Shown piece after piece: positions 13,640 to 26,700 of a DNA stretch of 64,000 nucleotides. Source of the stretch: Octopus vulgaris (lineage: Eukaryota); assembly GCA_951406725.2 (NCBI GenBank), contig OX597819.1:2666001-2730000 (forward strand), given 5' to 3'. A program made the position numbers and the translations under genes. Under the pieces are notes generated by a model, which saw only the letters and a list, made by a program, of their open reading frames with translations, had not been told where the DNA came from and searched no databases. Numbering within the stretch: the stretch's first letter is position 1; each line of letters begins with the position of its first letter.

Positions 13640-14810
13640 CTGTGTTTCATGGTCTGCTACCACAACAGCTCCTTTATAGGGCCCAGTTAGCTCAAGACAT
13701 TATCAGGAGGAACCACCTCCTGTTTCGGCCCCTACTCCTCTACCATTTTGACGTGGCAGGGCCCCCCCCCCTTTCGGAGGTGTCTTCAGCTCTGGTGTTG
13801 GGTCCATGTCTTTGTTCTTCTTCTTTCTTCTGTTCCCTGGCCTGATGTATCGTCAACGAGTGTCAGCCGGTGACTGACTGACTTGTCAAACTTTTCCCTT
13901 TAAATACCTACCGCTAGACTCCAGCAGGCAGCCCCAGCAAGTTGTCACATGACACTGTCTCACCTTAACAGACTACTGAAGGCGCTTAGTTTTAGCCCAC
14001 GCTTTTTCTAAACGACCGTCACCTGTCTGTCAGCTTGTCTCACCTAGTGATGTTATTTCCCGCCGGCATGTTATGACTTTCAAGCGATTTTTGGTCTTCC
14101 CGCTTCGGCCATATATAGAAGCTGGTTTTTTCGACCGATTCCTGTACTCTCCTTATTAGTTTTCATAGCTCGGAGCTAGAAAAACACAAATCTTCTTTTG
14201 AAAAGCGTTGTCATTTTCCTTTCAATGAAGCCTCTAGCCCCACTGCCAGGTGATAATATTCGACATTCCATCCCTGTTCTCTGCATTCTTTGATTAGCTT
14301 TTCATACCTCTTCTCCTTTCGTTCCTCTGCATTGCTGATGTTCTCTTCCCAAGGTACTGTCAGTTCTAGTAAAATTCCCATTCTCCGATCTCTGTTCCAA
14401 AGAACTAAATCCAGTCTTTTTGTTGTTTTTATTAGTGGAAATATTACTTGTCTTTCCAAGTCCATGGCCACCTCCCAGTATCCCATCCATCTTTCGTCTA
14501 TCTCGTATACTTTACTTGTAGGCCCGGTTTTATAACCTTTTCCCTCCTTGTAGAAGTATACTCTCCTGCGCTTTTCTACTTTTGGGTACTCTCCCCTATT
14601 GTACCTCTCAATCTTCTCCTTGAGTGCTGCGCTTATGATGCCGAGGACTTGATTATGCCGCCATGTATATCTTTCTAGTGCTAGTCTGCAACCTGACAGA
14701 ACATGTCTAACTGTCGCTTTCTCTCCGCATCTATACTCGTCGGTTGTTTTTATGTTCCACCGGACTAAGTTCGCCGGTGAGGGTAGAACGTCGAAGATAA
14801 TTTACTTTCA
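13640..14810 (-). mobile_element. 3' fragment of an RLE-type non-LTR retrotransposon (Hero-like)
   Basis: Open frame 14801->14211 (196 aa): FDVLPSPANLVRW, zinc-knuckle remnant CGE..TVRHVLSGC..ALERYTWRHNQVL, RLE motif RLDLVLW...LELTVPWEE...RKEKRYE. Frameshift at VG-RGF; GC-rich 3' region. Lower boundary approximate. Confidence 0.8.
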
Positions 14811-15419
14811 GTGGGTGTCATGTTTATTGGAAGAGTTCAGAGTTCCTTTCCATACCACCCATAAACCAGGTGTATTTTGCAAGCTGAAGAGAATAGATAT
14901 CCTTTCCCATCAAGGCAGTATCAGTCCAGGAAAGAAATGATTTTCTCTGTGAATCAGTGATGAATCTAAAATATTCTAGAATAAAGTTTGAAGATTAGTA
15001 TTCTCTATTCCGCATCTTTGCAGACTATGCAAATGTATTATATAATGTTGTATGTGCATATATATATGTATGCATATATCTATATAATATGTGTGTGTGC
15101 AGAGTATATACTATGTATGTACATATGTGTCAATGATAATGATGTAGTCTGGAGTAAATTATGAAACAGCAACAACCATATTGATATATTAAATCTTTTG
15201 CATCTCATATCACTTCATTCTTTGTTTATTATATATGCCACACTGGAAATGGAAATATTACTGTTTGTGTATCCTGGATTTTCAGATGCATAGTCCCACT
15301 AAAGTAAACTGTAATTTAATTACTGTGTGAACTGATAGCCAGTTCAGCTAGAGAGCTTACCATGGGTTCTACATAATTCTCCAATCCAACTTTCTGCTTT
15401 ATAAACAAATATATATATA

Positions 15420-15810
15420 TATATATCCATCATTTTCTGTTAAGATGTCTTATTGACGAGTTTTGTTTCTTCACTTCCCTGAAGAGAAGATTACATTGTT
15501 TTACACCATTTATTCCTTTGGAATAATATCAGTGAAATCTTCAAAACATGTCGGAAGTAAAAGAATTTGAATAACACCTGCGTTTAACTCCATTTATTTA
15601 TTTATATATGTTATACAAAAAATTCCACATAAACCCAAAGTTTCTACCTTTAAAAACAAGGAGTTACAACCTATTTACTTGCGTGATTTTTTGCTACCCT
15701 GGTAACTATTCATATATTTTTTCCATGTTAATTGTTAACAAGGGAAAAATACACATTTATATATTTATATAAATTTGTTGAATTTTCTGCTGCTTTTAAA
15801 TAAAGTATAT
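15420..15810 (+). mobile_element. Short HHR-bearing non-coding element between microsatellites (putative Penelope terminal repeat)
   Basis: Bounded by (TA)n and (TA)n(TG)n; HHR near the 5' end, T-rich 3' part ending AAATAAAG. Boundaries approximate. Confidence 0.5.
15473..15558 (+). ncRNA. Type I hammerhead ribozyme fold, G12A-mutated
   Basis: Stem I ACTTCC/GGAAGT; CTGAAGA 15479-15485; stem II GAAGATT/AATCTTC extended; AAAA in place of GAAA at a CpG; palindromic stem III ACATGT; GUC triplet ending 15552. Confidence 0.75.
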
Positions 15811-15811
15811 T

Positions 15812-15842
<31 letters not shown>

Positions 15843-16136
15843 ATGTAGATACACATAAATACAATACATAAATACACTGCTTATACACATACACACATAC
15901 TATACATATATATAGTATACATACATACACACATATGTATATGCAGACACACACACACACACAAATATACACATACATACAACAGTCTTCTTTCAGTTTC
16001 TGTGTACGAAATCTGCTCACAAGCCTTTGGTCGGCCTGTGGCTATAATATATATCTATATATATATATACACACACATACATATACATATATATATACAC
16101 ACACACATATATATATATACACATATATATACACAC

Positions 16137-16181
<45 letters not shown>

Positions 16182-16188
16182 CACACAA

Positions 16189-16219
<31 letters not shown>

Positions 16220-16235
16220 TATACATATATATATA

Positions 16236-16560
16236 CTGGAGTAAACACAAATGTGAAACAAGGTGTAAAAAAGAGTACTCAAATACCAGGGGTAGAGTAA
16301 TAAGCAGCAGAAATTCAACAAAACTGTTACTCTGAGTTTCACGTTCCCGTTTGTCGGACAGTTTTGTTAAAATAGAACCGATACGACAATTCTATCAAGA
16401 CTAGTATAAACGTTACACCTTTAAAAATGGACTTGTTTGATTGATCCTTTCAAATAACGGTCATATTCGAGCGATAAACAAAAATGAGTTCAATATAAAA
16501 TATAAAATTATAAAAGTCGCGGAAAAACCTTAAATCGAATCTTTGGTTAAAATACATATT
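16236..16560 (-). mobile_element. Short HHR-bearing non-coding element (putative Penelope terminal repeat)
   Basis: Abuts the (TA/CA)n array at 16235; CpG-rich; contains the HHR fold at 16317-16368. Far boundary uncertain. Confidence 0.45.
16317..16368 (-). ncRNA. Type I hammerhead-like fold with variant core CCGACAA
   Basis: Minus strand: AACAAAACTGT-CCGACAA-ACG GGAA CGT-GAA-ACTC A GAGT-A-ACAGTTTTGTT. Perfect 11-bp stem I, GNRA-capped stem II, GUA triplet. Confidence 0.7.
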
Positions 16561-16954
16561 GTCATTAATAAAGAAAATATAATTAATACATAGAAATTGA
16601 AATTAAAATATTAAAATTATATTAAAATATTTCACAACAGTACCTACTCATACTAAACTATTAATATACATATATACATCAACATACACAGATAGATGTG
16701 CAGAGACCACATACATATACAGACATATAAATGCAAAACGAAAATATACACACAAATGCATGTACACATATGTATACGCAATCTAGCTCGCATGCAAAAA
16801 TCACTTGTATCCATATAGACTATAAGGAAAATTCATAGATGGGGAAGGGGCGCTCTTATTTGCAACAGAAAGCTAAAGACGTAAGTAAGGGAGGGGGAGA
16901 GGGGACGTAAAGTTACAGGGCTCTATACAAGTAGCGAATAGGGAGAGAGTGCCA

Positions 16955-17310
16955 AGTTCTCCAAATTTGCCATCAAGATGTAGGACAAGATACTGTGATA
17001 GCCTGGGCTTCTGAGGCCCACAGCTATTCAATATCCTCCCGAAGAACCTGAGAGACCTGCATGGGGTGGATGCAGATGTCTTTAAAATAAAACTGGATCT
17101 CTTCTTGTCAGGTGTCCCAGATGAACCAACTTCACGGCAGGAGGTGCAGATGAGGGCAGCTGCATTGAACTCTCTCATGCACCAAATGGCAATTGCTAAA
17201 AAGCATTCATGAAGTAAAATCATGTAGCAACACTGAATGGTGGTGCCCCAGCATGGCCACATCTCGTGAGCTCAAACTAGCTAAAATAAAATAAAATAAA
17301 ATAAAATAAA
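16955..17310 (+). mobile_element. 3' end of a CR1/L2-like LINE
   Basis: SLGF.GPQLFNILPKNLRDL...FKIKLDLFLSGVPDEP...AAALNSLMHQ, short UTR, (TAAAA)n tail. Confidence 0.8.
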
Positions 17311-17621
17311 TATACATATACATATATATACATACATATATATATACATACATATAAATATATACACATATATATATACACATATATATACATATATATA
17401 CGTATATATATATATATATACACACAAATATATATACACATATGTATATACACATATATATATACATATATATACATACATATATACATATATATATATA
17501 CACACACATATATATACAGATATATATATATACATATATACATATACATATATACATATACATATATACATATACATATATACATATACATATATATATA
17601 TACATATATATATATATACAT

Positions 17622-17654
<33 letters not shown>

Positions 17655-17775
17655 TATATACATATACATACATACATACATACATATATATACACATACA
17701 AACAGATATACATATATGTATACATACATGCATATATACATATACACATATATACATATATATATATACATACAT
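17311..17775. repeat. Compound (TA)/(CA) microsatellite
   Basis: Direct reading. Confidence 0.95.
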
Positions 17776-17879
17776 TATTTTATCCAACCCCTGTATATGT
17801 ATACATATACATAGTGAAAATAATAGAAATGAAAGTAAAATATATATACAAAATGAAATATTAATAGCGAAACCTACTA

Positions 17880-18140
17880 AAAGTGAAAGTATTATCTCAT
17901 TACAACAGAGATGTTATTGTTTCACTCTTGGCACATAATACTGAAATAGTGTAAGAGATAAGAGAATTGTTCCAGGCTCGCATTAGGCAAGAAGTTGGAA
18001 ATTTTTTTTGCCCATGACATTGTATGGACTCTAAGTAAGGCATGTATAAAATTTGAATGAAATCGGTTGGGTAGTTCTCAAGTTTTTGGTGATGCACACA
18101 TACAGACAAACAGACATTCTCAGTTTTATATATATAGATA
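17880..18140 (+). mobile_element. Possible Helitron/HINE-type non-autonomous element 3' end
   Basis: AAATTTGAATGAAATCGGTTGGGTAGTTCTCAAG...ACAGACAAACAGAC...TTTATATATATAG resembles such termini; recognised from recall only. Confidence 0.3.
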
Positions 18141-18180
18141 TATAGCATGGAAAACGGACGCTAAACGATGATGATGATGA

Positions 18181-18221
<41 letters not shown>

Positions 18222-20998
18222 CATAGACACTCACACAGCCATATATACCCACAAAATATAATGTATATGCACATATACATGCAATATAAACTTTAAATAA
18301 ATAAATATGCACCTGTTATCATTATCTTCCTTTATCAACATGAATAAAAATAGAAGTAAAATATTTCAATACTATTGATAACTTTTACCTTCGAAAAACA
18401 AGTCTGTGTCTTTAACATGGATTAATTTTTTTGATACCAAAGTGCCTGAGATTATATCTCATTCTAAGTTACACAATTCATGTTTTAAATCTAAAACCTG
18501 CCATCAAAATTTCTTGTTAATTTATGTTTCAAGCACCAGCTTAGTAAATTTTACTAAATTTAAACAAATTTTTTTTAATAAATTAAAACAAAGACAATGT
18601 ATTTCAACAGGACTATGCTAACAAAAAGGTTAAAATCATGTTTTATAAAGTGATTCCTTATGTAGGTACCAGACTCAATGAAACTTCAACCCTATGATTG
18701 CCATTGATCAAATCTTGAAACACAAGCTATACATTTGTCTAAAATTCATATTTACAACTTTATATTGTTTTATCCATGATTTTTATGTTTATATTAATTT
18801 TTTCCAATTTATTGAAAAGAAATTATATTGCAAATTAACATGTAATGTATATTGCAAATGTTTACCAGGATTATATCAGAATAACAGCCAAATGTTTTGG
18901 TTAAATAGATATGAAAATCAAATTTCAAAAACTGAGAAATAATGTCTAAAAGTAGAGAATAAAATGATTTATAGTGAAGTACAATGTTCTTAGTTGCTTA
19001 GTAACTTTTAACTGAGAAGTTTCAATTCTGGTACCACCATGCTAAATTTTAAGTACTCTCCAGATAAGGCAAACTATTCATTTTTTTTTTTATCAATCAC
19101 AAACTCAGTTGATATAGCACCCTGCCTTGAGAAAACCAGTTAAACGAGTTCAATCTGAAAAGAATTCCTTCAATCTTTTGACACATTGAATGCTTTTGAA
19201 GTATTCTGTTCCAGTTACTTGCCATCATATATCTGCTTTGTAACAGTTCTCTAAAGCTAGCACTGAGAAACGAAACTCTTATTTCATTGATGAATCATTA
19301 GCAAAGTATTTCAAAATCATTTAGGATGATTAATGTATTTTTGGTAACTAAAAATATATATAATTACATTCTCTTAAAACTTGCTCCCAATATTCCTTCA
19401 AAGTCTGTGTATGGTTATTTTTAGACCTATAAATTATATTCAAATGTGAGAGTATAATTTCCTATGACAGCTGAGTATTAATCTTCAGTACTGATCACCA
19501 ACAAATTCTAAAAGTTTCCAAAGCTGCTGATGAGCTTTTAATAGAAGTAAAATCTTACATATGTTCAAGAAGATATGTCTATCTATGTAATGATAAAGCA
19601 AAAGTCTATATAATGAAATTAACACTATTTTAAGTGTAGCAGAAGACAGTAAAATCACTCACATTAATATCTACAGTTAGTTCACACACTTTATTCTAAG
19701 ATACATTAAAGTCATTACTTATTCAATAATGCTTTTTATCATTCAGTATTTATAATTGAAAATGGTTTTCTCTATTTAATCGAGATTTGAAATGGCTACA
19801 GAAAAGTTAATAGGTTACAAAATTAAAAATGATAGGAATAGCAACAAAAAAAAATTTAATTATCAAATTATTTGCATTAAACAGCTTATCTTTCAAAGGT
19901 AATTGGGCTATTGCTCTCTTCACCATTAAAACTAAAATCTCTAAACTTGTTATCTTTTAAAAGAATAATGTTTGCAAGGTGTAAGAATGGAAAACTTAAT
20001 TATAACAGAACTTATTGTGATATTATATCCGAATATTATATCTGAGTATGTGTGTGTGCACACACACAAACTATGTAAAAGAAACTGATGTCATCATCAT
20101 CATCATTGTTTTAATATCCACTTTTCTATGCTTACATGGGTTGGATGGAATTTGTTGAGGCAGATTTTCTACAGCCGGATGCCCTTCCTGTCACCAACAC
20201 TCACCTGTTTTCAAGCAAGGTAACATTTCACCATGACCAGATATGTTTCTATGGAACATTGGAAACAAAGGATACCATTTTCATGATGACACCATCCACT
20301 GTCAACTATCTCAAAGCAAAGAAATGATAACATAAAGTAAAGCAAGTAAAGTTACCTTCTTGAGTCATGTTGACTTACAAGGGCCAGTTTCCCAGTTTTG
20401 TGGCATAAATATTCTGACCCTAGGTGGGACACTGGTCCATTGCAGGATTACTCATTTTTGCCAGCTGAGTGGACTGGAGCAACGTGGAATGAAGTGTTTT
20501 GCTCAAGAACACAATGCGTCACCTGGCCCAGGAATCAAAACCACAATCTTATGATCATGAGCCCTAAACACTAAGCTACATGCCTCCACAACGGTGTGAC
20601 ACACACACATATATCACAGGCTTCTTTTAGTTTCCATCTACCAATTCCACTTGCATATTTTATATCTCAGCATTTTGCAAAAACATTTCTTCCAACTATC
20701 TGCTCTCTAAGTTCAGATCCCAGCAAGGTCAAGTTAGCTTTCCATCTTTACAAGGTGGATATGAAATCCCAGGACAGTAGATTGGTTAGAACTGTTTGAG
20801 AGTTAGAGGTGAGATACCTTGCAGTATATTTCCTGGATCTTTGCATCCTAATAGCAATGGTTGCAATTACACTGTGTCAGCCTCAATCAGTTGCCTTTCT
20901 TTTAGATAAACATTGATGGCATAAGGAGAGAAGACTTGCATGCATAGACAATTCCCAAATCTTACTCAATAAATCTTGCTCAGGCTCACATATATACA

Positions 20999-21163
20999 CT
21001 TTTACTCTTTTACTTGTTTCAGTCATTTGACTGAAGCCATGCTGGAGCATTGCCTTTATAGTTGAGCAAATCGACCCCTAGTACTTATTCTATCAGTCTC
21101 TTTTGCTGAACCGCTAAGTTACGGGGACTTAAACATACCAGCATCAGTTGTCAAGCGACACAA

Positions 21164-21238
<75 letters not shown>

Positions 21239-21462
21239 CATACATATATATATATACATACATATATATATACACACACACACACACATATATATATACA
21301 TATAGGACGGGCTTCTTCCAGTTTCCGTCTGCCAAATCCACTCACAAGGCTTTGGTCGGCCAAAGGCTATAGTAGAAGACACTTGCCCAATGTGTCACGC
21401 AGTGGGACTGAAACCGGGACCATGTGGTTGGTAAGCAAGCTACTTATCACACAGCCACTCCT
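20999..21462 (-). mobile_element. SINE family A
   Basis: Reverse-complement match; expanded central microsatellite. Confidence 0.85.
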
Positions 21463-21707
21463 CTGCATGGCCAACCTTAACCTATAGTAGCCCCATGTAT
21501 AGCAGTATGTGAACAATAACATCATTAGCTAGGCAAATTTTCAACAAGACAATTGCAAGTTCACTACATTTCTGAAACAAAGAATGATCAGTGTCATCAG
21601 TTTTGCAGTTTATCTTTAACGTTTATATTTCTTCCACCAATATATATGTGTGTGTGTATGAGTGTTTATTTATGTGCACATGTATGTGTAGATGTATATG
21701 TGCGTGC

Positions 21708-21738
<31 letters not shown>

Positions 21739-21934
21739 CATGAGCATGCATATTTGTATGTGTAATATATGTATTTAAATATTACAAAGCTTCACTGTAG
21801 AAAAATTAAAAATGTAAATACATTCTTTCTTTGCTATCTTGTTGTTTTTCACTATTGTTTTCCTTGTTGCTTCTGCCACTGAGTCATTTTCGCTGTTGCC
21901 ATCACCATCACTTGCTGCTGCTTGTTTGTTTGTT

Positions 21935-22302
21935 TGTTGAGCGAAGCGGTCTTTGTCCCAGAGCTCACAAGATCGCAAGTGGGAGAAGTCCGAAACGTGG
22001 TCCTTTGTTATTCGTAAAACTCACAGAAGAGAAAGCAGGTCAACCCCTGACACCGAGAGCATCAACGGATTGATGAATGTGCATCCAGGCTTAGCAGTTG
22101 CGTAGGAAGTCAGGGACAAGAAACAGGAAGAAAGAGAGAAAGTTGGAGCAAAAAAGTACAACAGGGGTCACCACCACCCCCTGCTGGAGCCACGTGGAGC
22201 TTTTAGGTGTTTTCGCTCAATAAACACACACAACGCCCAGTCTGGGAATCGAAACCGCGATCCTCCGACCATGAGTCCGCTGCCCTAACCACTGGGCCAT
22301 TG
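21935..22302 (-). mobile_element. tRNA-head SINE, family B
   Basis: Minus-strand head TGGCCCAGTGGTTAGGGC...GGTTTCGATTCCC (A and B boxes) with an unrelated body. Confidence 0.7.
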
Positions 22303-22502
22303 CTGCTGCTGCTGCAGTGTTGGTGGTGGTGGTGGTGGAGAACTAGTTAACAGGTTGTTCTTTTCCTGAGGTAAATTGTAGTTGTTATCATTATTGTAGT
22401 TGCTGCCATTCATCACAGCAACAGTGATGGTTATATAACATTTTAAGCATAATACTCTCAAAGTAAGAATCCTTCACAGACAGAGTGGAAACTGAATATT
22501 TA

Positions 22503-22918
22503 GAGGTGGCTGTGTGGTAAGTAGCTTGCTAACCAACCACATTGTTCCGGGTTCAGTCCCACTGCGTGGCATCTTGGGCAAGTGTCTTCTGCTATAGCCT
22601 TGGGCCGACCAAAGCCTTGTGAGTGGATTTGGTAGACGGAAACTGAAAGAAGCCTGTCGTATATATGTATATATATATGTGTGTATATGTGTTTGTATGT
22701 CTGTGTTTGTCCCCCTAGCATTGCTTGACAACCGATGCTGGTGTGTTTACGTCCCCGTCACTTAGCGGTTCGGCAAAAGAGACTGATAGAATAAGTACTT
22801 GGCTTACAAAGAATAAGTCCCGGGGTCGATTTGCTCGACTAAAGGCGGTGCTCCAGTATGGCCGCAGTCAAATGACTGAAATAAGTAAAAGAGTAAAAGA
22901 GTAAAAGAGAGTAAAGAG
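22503..22918 (+). mobile_element. tRNA-head SINE, family A, full length
   Basis: GGCTGTGTGGTAAG A-box, GGGTTCAGTCCC B-box-like, central (TG)n, tail GTCAAATGACTGAAA..(AAAAGAGT)n. Confidence 0.9.
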
Positions 22919-23214
22919 CTTCCAGTGTCCTCTTAAAATTACCTCCCACCTCTTCCTTCAATTAGCTGGCTGTGGGCACAAACCATCTTTAAATAAATGG
23001 CTTTTACAAATCAACATTCTTCACATTTTTTTTTAATTTTTAGACCCAGGCGAGCAAGAAGCAGGAAGCAACCAGTCCAGTGGTAGTCTTGTTAGATTAG
23101 CAACAAAATGTATATCAATAATTAAAAAAAAATAAAAATGTCTCCTAATAGACAAACAAATAATCCACTTAAGAAGAGCTCTCAGTTATGTTACAAATAC
23201 AGAACCAAAATTAA

Positions 23215-23225
23215 TAACAATAATA

Positions 23226-23272
<47 letters not shown>

Positions 23273-23345
23273 GGTGGTGAGGAGGAAGAGGAGGAGAACA
23301 ACGATGATGACAACGATGATAGTGACAGTAGTGGTAGTGGTGTTA
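23215..23345. repeat. Trinucleotide array (AAT)n(GAT)n(GGT)n(GAG)n
   Basis: Direct reading. Confidence 0.9.
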
Positions 23346-23419
23346 GGGAAATTGCAGCCATCAAGAATAGTGGCTGAGGTGGTCAGAATATGGAGCTGGG
23401 TAGGATAAGTGATAGTCAC

Positions 23420-23700
23420 CGAAATAGTTAATCAAGTAATGCAGGAAGGTGCCCCACCTAAGGACAGCATAGCAATATGATCATAAACTGCTACAACAGA
23501 AGATTCAAAAGAAAGAGATTATAGAGGTTTCATATTGTTGAACCAAGGCTATGAATATCTCAGAGAAACTTATAGAACAATTGATTCAGAGACAGAATTA
23601 GTTTAAATGAAATGCATTTTCAGTTTGGCTTCATGCTCACAAAAAGTACCTCAGTTGCAATCCTCCTAGTAAGACAGCTGCAGTTGAAATACTTGGCTAA
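23420..23700 (+). mobile_element. Decayed RTE RT fragment
   Basis: VTEIVNQVMQEG..., YRG..LL, QFGFM...T..AI.LVRQLQ.KYLA remnants. Confidence 0.6.
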
Positions 23701-26700
23701 CTACCCGGTATAAATTGCGGACACACAAAAGAAAATGTAATGATTTCACAGACAGACAAACAGAGAAAACATGTTTTGTATGTAGTAGATTACATTGGAG
23801 CAATACACACAAAGTGCACAGTGGAAATACACTTTTTTAAATGCTTGCCTGGCTCACTGGAAGTAGTCGATAACTTCTATTGTGTACGTGATTATATTTA
23901 GTAAGGAGGATGTTTATTCAGGAAGTATTGTAGCTATGATAAAAATGTTGTTAAAGAAAATTCAGGAAGCTACAATCCCTGCAATAATGGTTCTTTCTAC
24001 TACAGGCACAAGATCTGAAATTTGGGGGGAAGGGGTTAGTCGGTTATGTCAACTCCAGTGTACACCCCAAAAGGATGAAAAGCAAAGATGATTCATTGGA
24101 ATTTGAATTCAGAATGTCATGGCAGAGGAAATTCTGCAAAGCATTTTGTCCAGTATACTAATGATTCTGTTATGCTGCTGGCTTGCTACCCTTACCCTCT
24201 GGAATGATATTGACTTTTTGCATAATCACAAGTCCACAAATTAAGGTGAGGAATTAATTTAAATAACCCTAGTAATACTTGACTGATGTTGATTTTATTG
24301 ATCTTATGAGGACAAAAAGACCGAGTCAACCCTGACAAGACCTGAACTTAGAATATAAAGGGACTTAAACACCTGAAATTAGCCCAGCTAGAAAGCAGTG
24401 GCTACTGGGCCTCTCAAATTCTATGTTCATTCCAATACCAGTGAGTAACTGAGGGAGGAGATATAGAATTTTACATTAATTGATAGTGCAAATTCCTGAG
24501 ACGTTGTTCAAAATGCCTCTAGTATCTAGCAATGAGCTTCTACTGAGTAATTTTCCCACCTGTACTATTTAGTATACTGTGGGACTGCATAAGGAGAAAG
24601 TGAATCACAAAACAGAGCATTGAGACATTTCTGAAGCTGAGGTCCTCAAATGAATATTTGCAACAAAATGAACTTCGCTAAAGGTACCCAAAGGACAGGT
24701 TGTTGTTGTTTTATAGCCCCTGTATCAATCCTGATTGAGCAGATTTATAATGCAGGACATTCCAGCTATGATCATCCCATCTTTATTTCAGACACTCGAT
24801 ACTTTTGTTTTCTAAGATGGCAGGATGTGGTTTGAAGGGAATTTGGTTGCTATTTCCAGCAAATTGTGTTACTACATAGCGATTCCTGAGCTGGCTCAAT
24901 TCACTGACCAAATTAAACTAAATGGTGCGTCAGACCTAAAATAAATTTTTAAAAGAGCTATATTGCTTTATTGTGACACTAGCACTTACAAGATTGGGTC
25001 ACTCAAATTCCAGCCTGCCTTCTGCTAGCTTTTTATAATTCATTGTAACCAAACCTCTTAGATCTTGGTTATAGAAGCTATGTACTTCTTAAGATACTTC
25101 TTTAATAACTGGTTGCAAGTTCAAAGTAGGAATTCAAGGAAAGAAAGACAGAGGGTAACGAGAAAGAAAATAAAAACAGAAAGAAAAGAAGAAAATTGTT
25201 TTAAGAATTTAAACAAAACAAAAAGAGAATTTGAAGAGAGAGGTGTACAATTTGGGAATGAAGCAAAACTATTTAGCAGATATCGATACAAGCTTTTTAG
25301 TTAAGAGTCATCTACTTAAGAACAGCCATTCCTCAACTAGCTAGGCACATCTATAACCTACAGGAAAGAGGATTGAAATGCAATAAAAGGAAGACAAGAT
25401 TATGAAAGGTATGTTACAGGTGGATGAGAGTGAGAGGTGCTTGAAGATGATGTTTTAAAGCTTTATATATAAAGAAAGGAAGAAAGAATGGACGAAATGG
25501 AAAATGGAAATGGGAAATTAATGCAACAAAACCTCCAGCTAACTTAGTTGTGTTTTAAAAAAATCAGAGAAAACTGTGTTACCAAGACTCTATTCACAGC
25601 AAGCCAATGGTACAAGAAATCAGAGTAGAGCTAGGGTCAAGGTTAGGATTAGAATTCATTTGTGTTGGCTATACTGAGATATTAAAAAGAGTAATGTGTT
25701 TCTTGCATACATAGTTACTTTTATGTCATATCACTATGAATATGTATTGGTGAAATCTAGTTGTTTACGAAGTAAAGATTTGAAAATAGAATGGAAATAG
25801 AAAGTTAAAAGTCCACTTCATAAAATTGTAAATTTGGTATTATTTATTATTGATATTTCTAACCAAATTAATTATGGCAATAATTTTATTTTATTCTAGA
25901 GATTAGCTGCTGACTTGATATTATGATTAAATTTATGAAGTAGCTTTTTTATTGTGTTTTTTACTTTTATTTGTTTTTTCGTGTGTGTTTTTTTTTCAAC
26001 CTAATTTCAGATTTAAGAAGGCTGATTAGTTTTTTGATATTGTTTTGTTTGGTTTTTTTTTTGGGGGGGGGGGTTCATTTCAAGTTAGATTCATAGTTAC
26101 ACTTGTGACACTTGATAATTATAAACTCCTATTATTTAAGTGAATACTTCAAATCTATCATCAATTTTAACCTTATCTGCTATGACCTTAGTCTTTCAAT
26201 TGATGTTGATATACATTTCTGGGTTAGCTCTCTTATCATTTGGAATTATGTTAGTCATTGGATAGAACTGGGATACCCTTATTTGAGTAATCCAGCTAAT
26301 AGAGATCTGTGATTGATTAGATGACATAATATGGAGAGCATTCTACTACAAATGTAATTAACTTCTTAGTTTTTACCTTCAATCTTAGTACCAATCTATA
26401 CAAATTCTATAAAAAAAAACAATGAGAACTTCACCTTTATTAATACAGAACCGTGCCACACAACAGTAGTTTTTAAGCAACCTAGTTAAAAATGTTAGTA
26501 GAATACCAAACCTGCATGCAAATAATAGAAATTTTTTTTATGACAGCCCCCAGTTACAATGACATACCAAAGACCAATAGCTTTAAGGATAAGATTTAAG
26601 CAAAACAGAACTGCAGCAAGAGTTGTAATTTGTGTATTGGTGAGAAAATTGAATATTGAAACACTTGAGACAACCAGATGTCTACCTTAATTTAACATGG

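Noticed and set aside
22230-22302. tRNA-like sequence with A and B boxes
   Set aside because: No complete cloverleaf or acceptor stem; it continues into a SINE body.
23138-23419. Poly-N/D/G/E and poly-M/V ORFs
   Set aside because: Products of a trinucleotide microsatellite.
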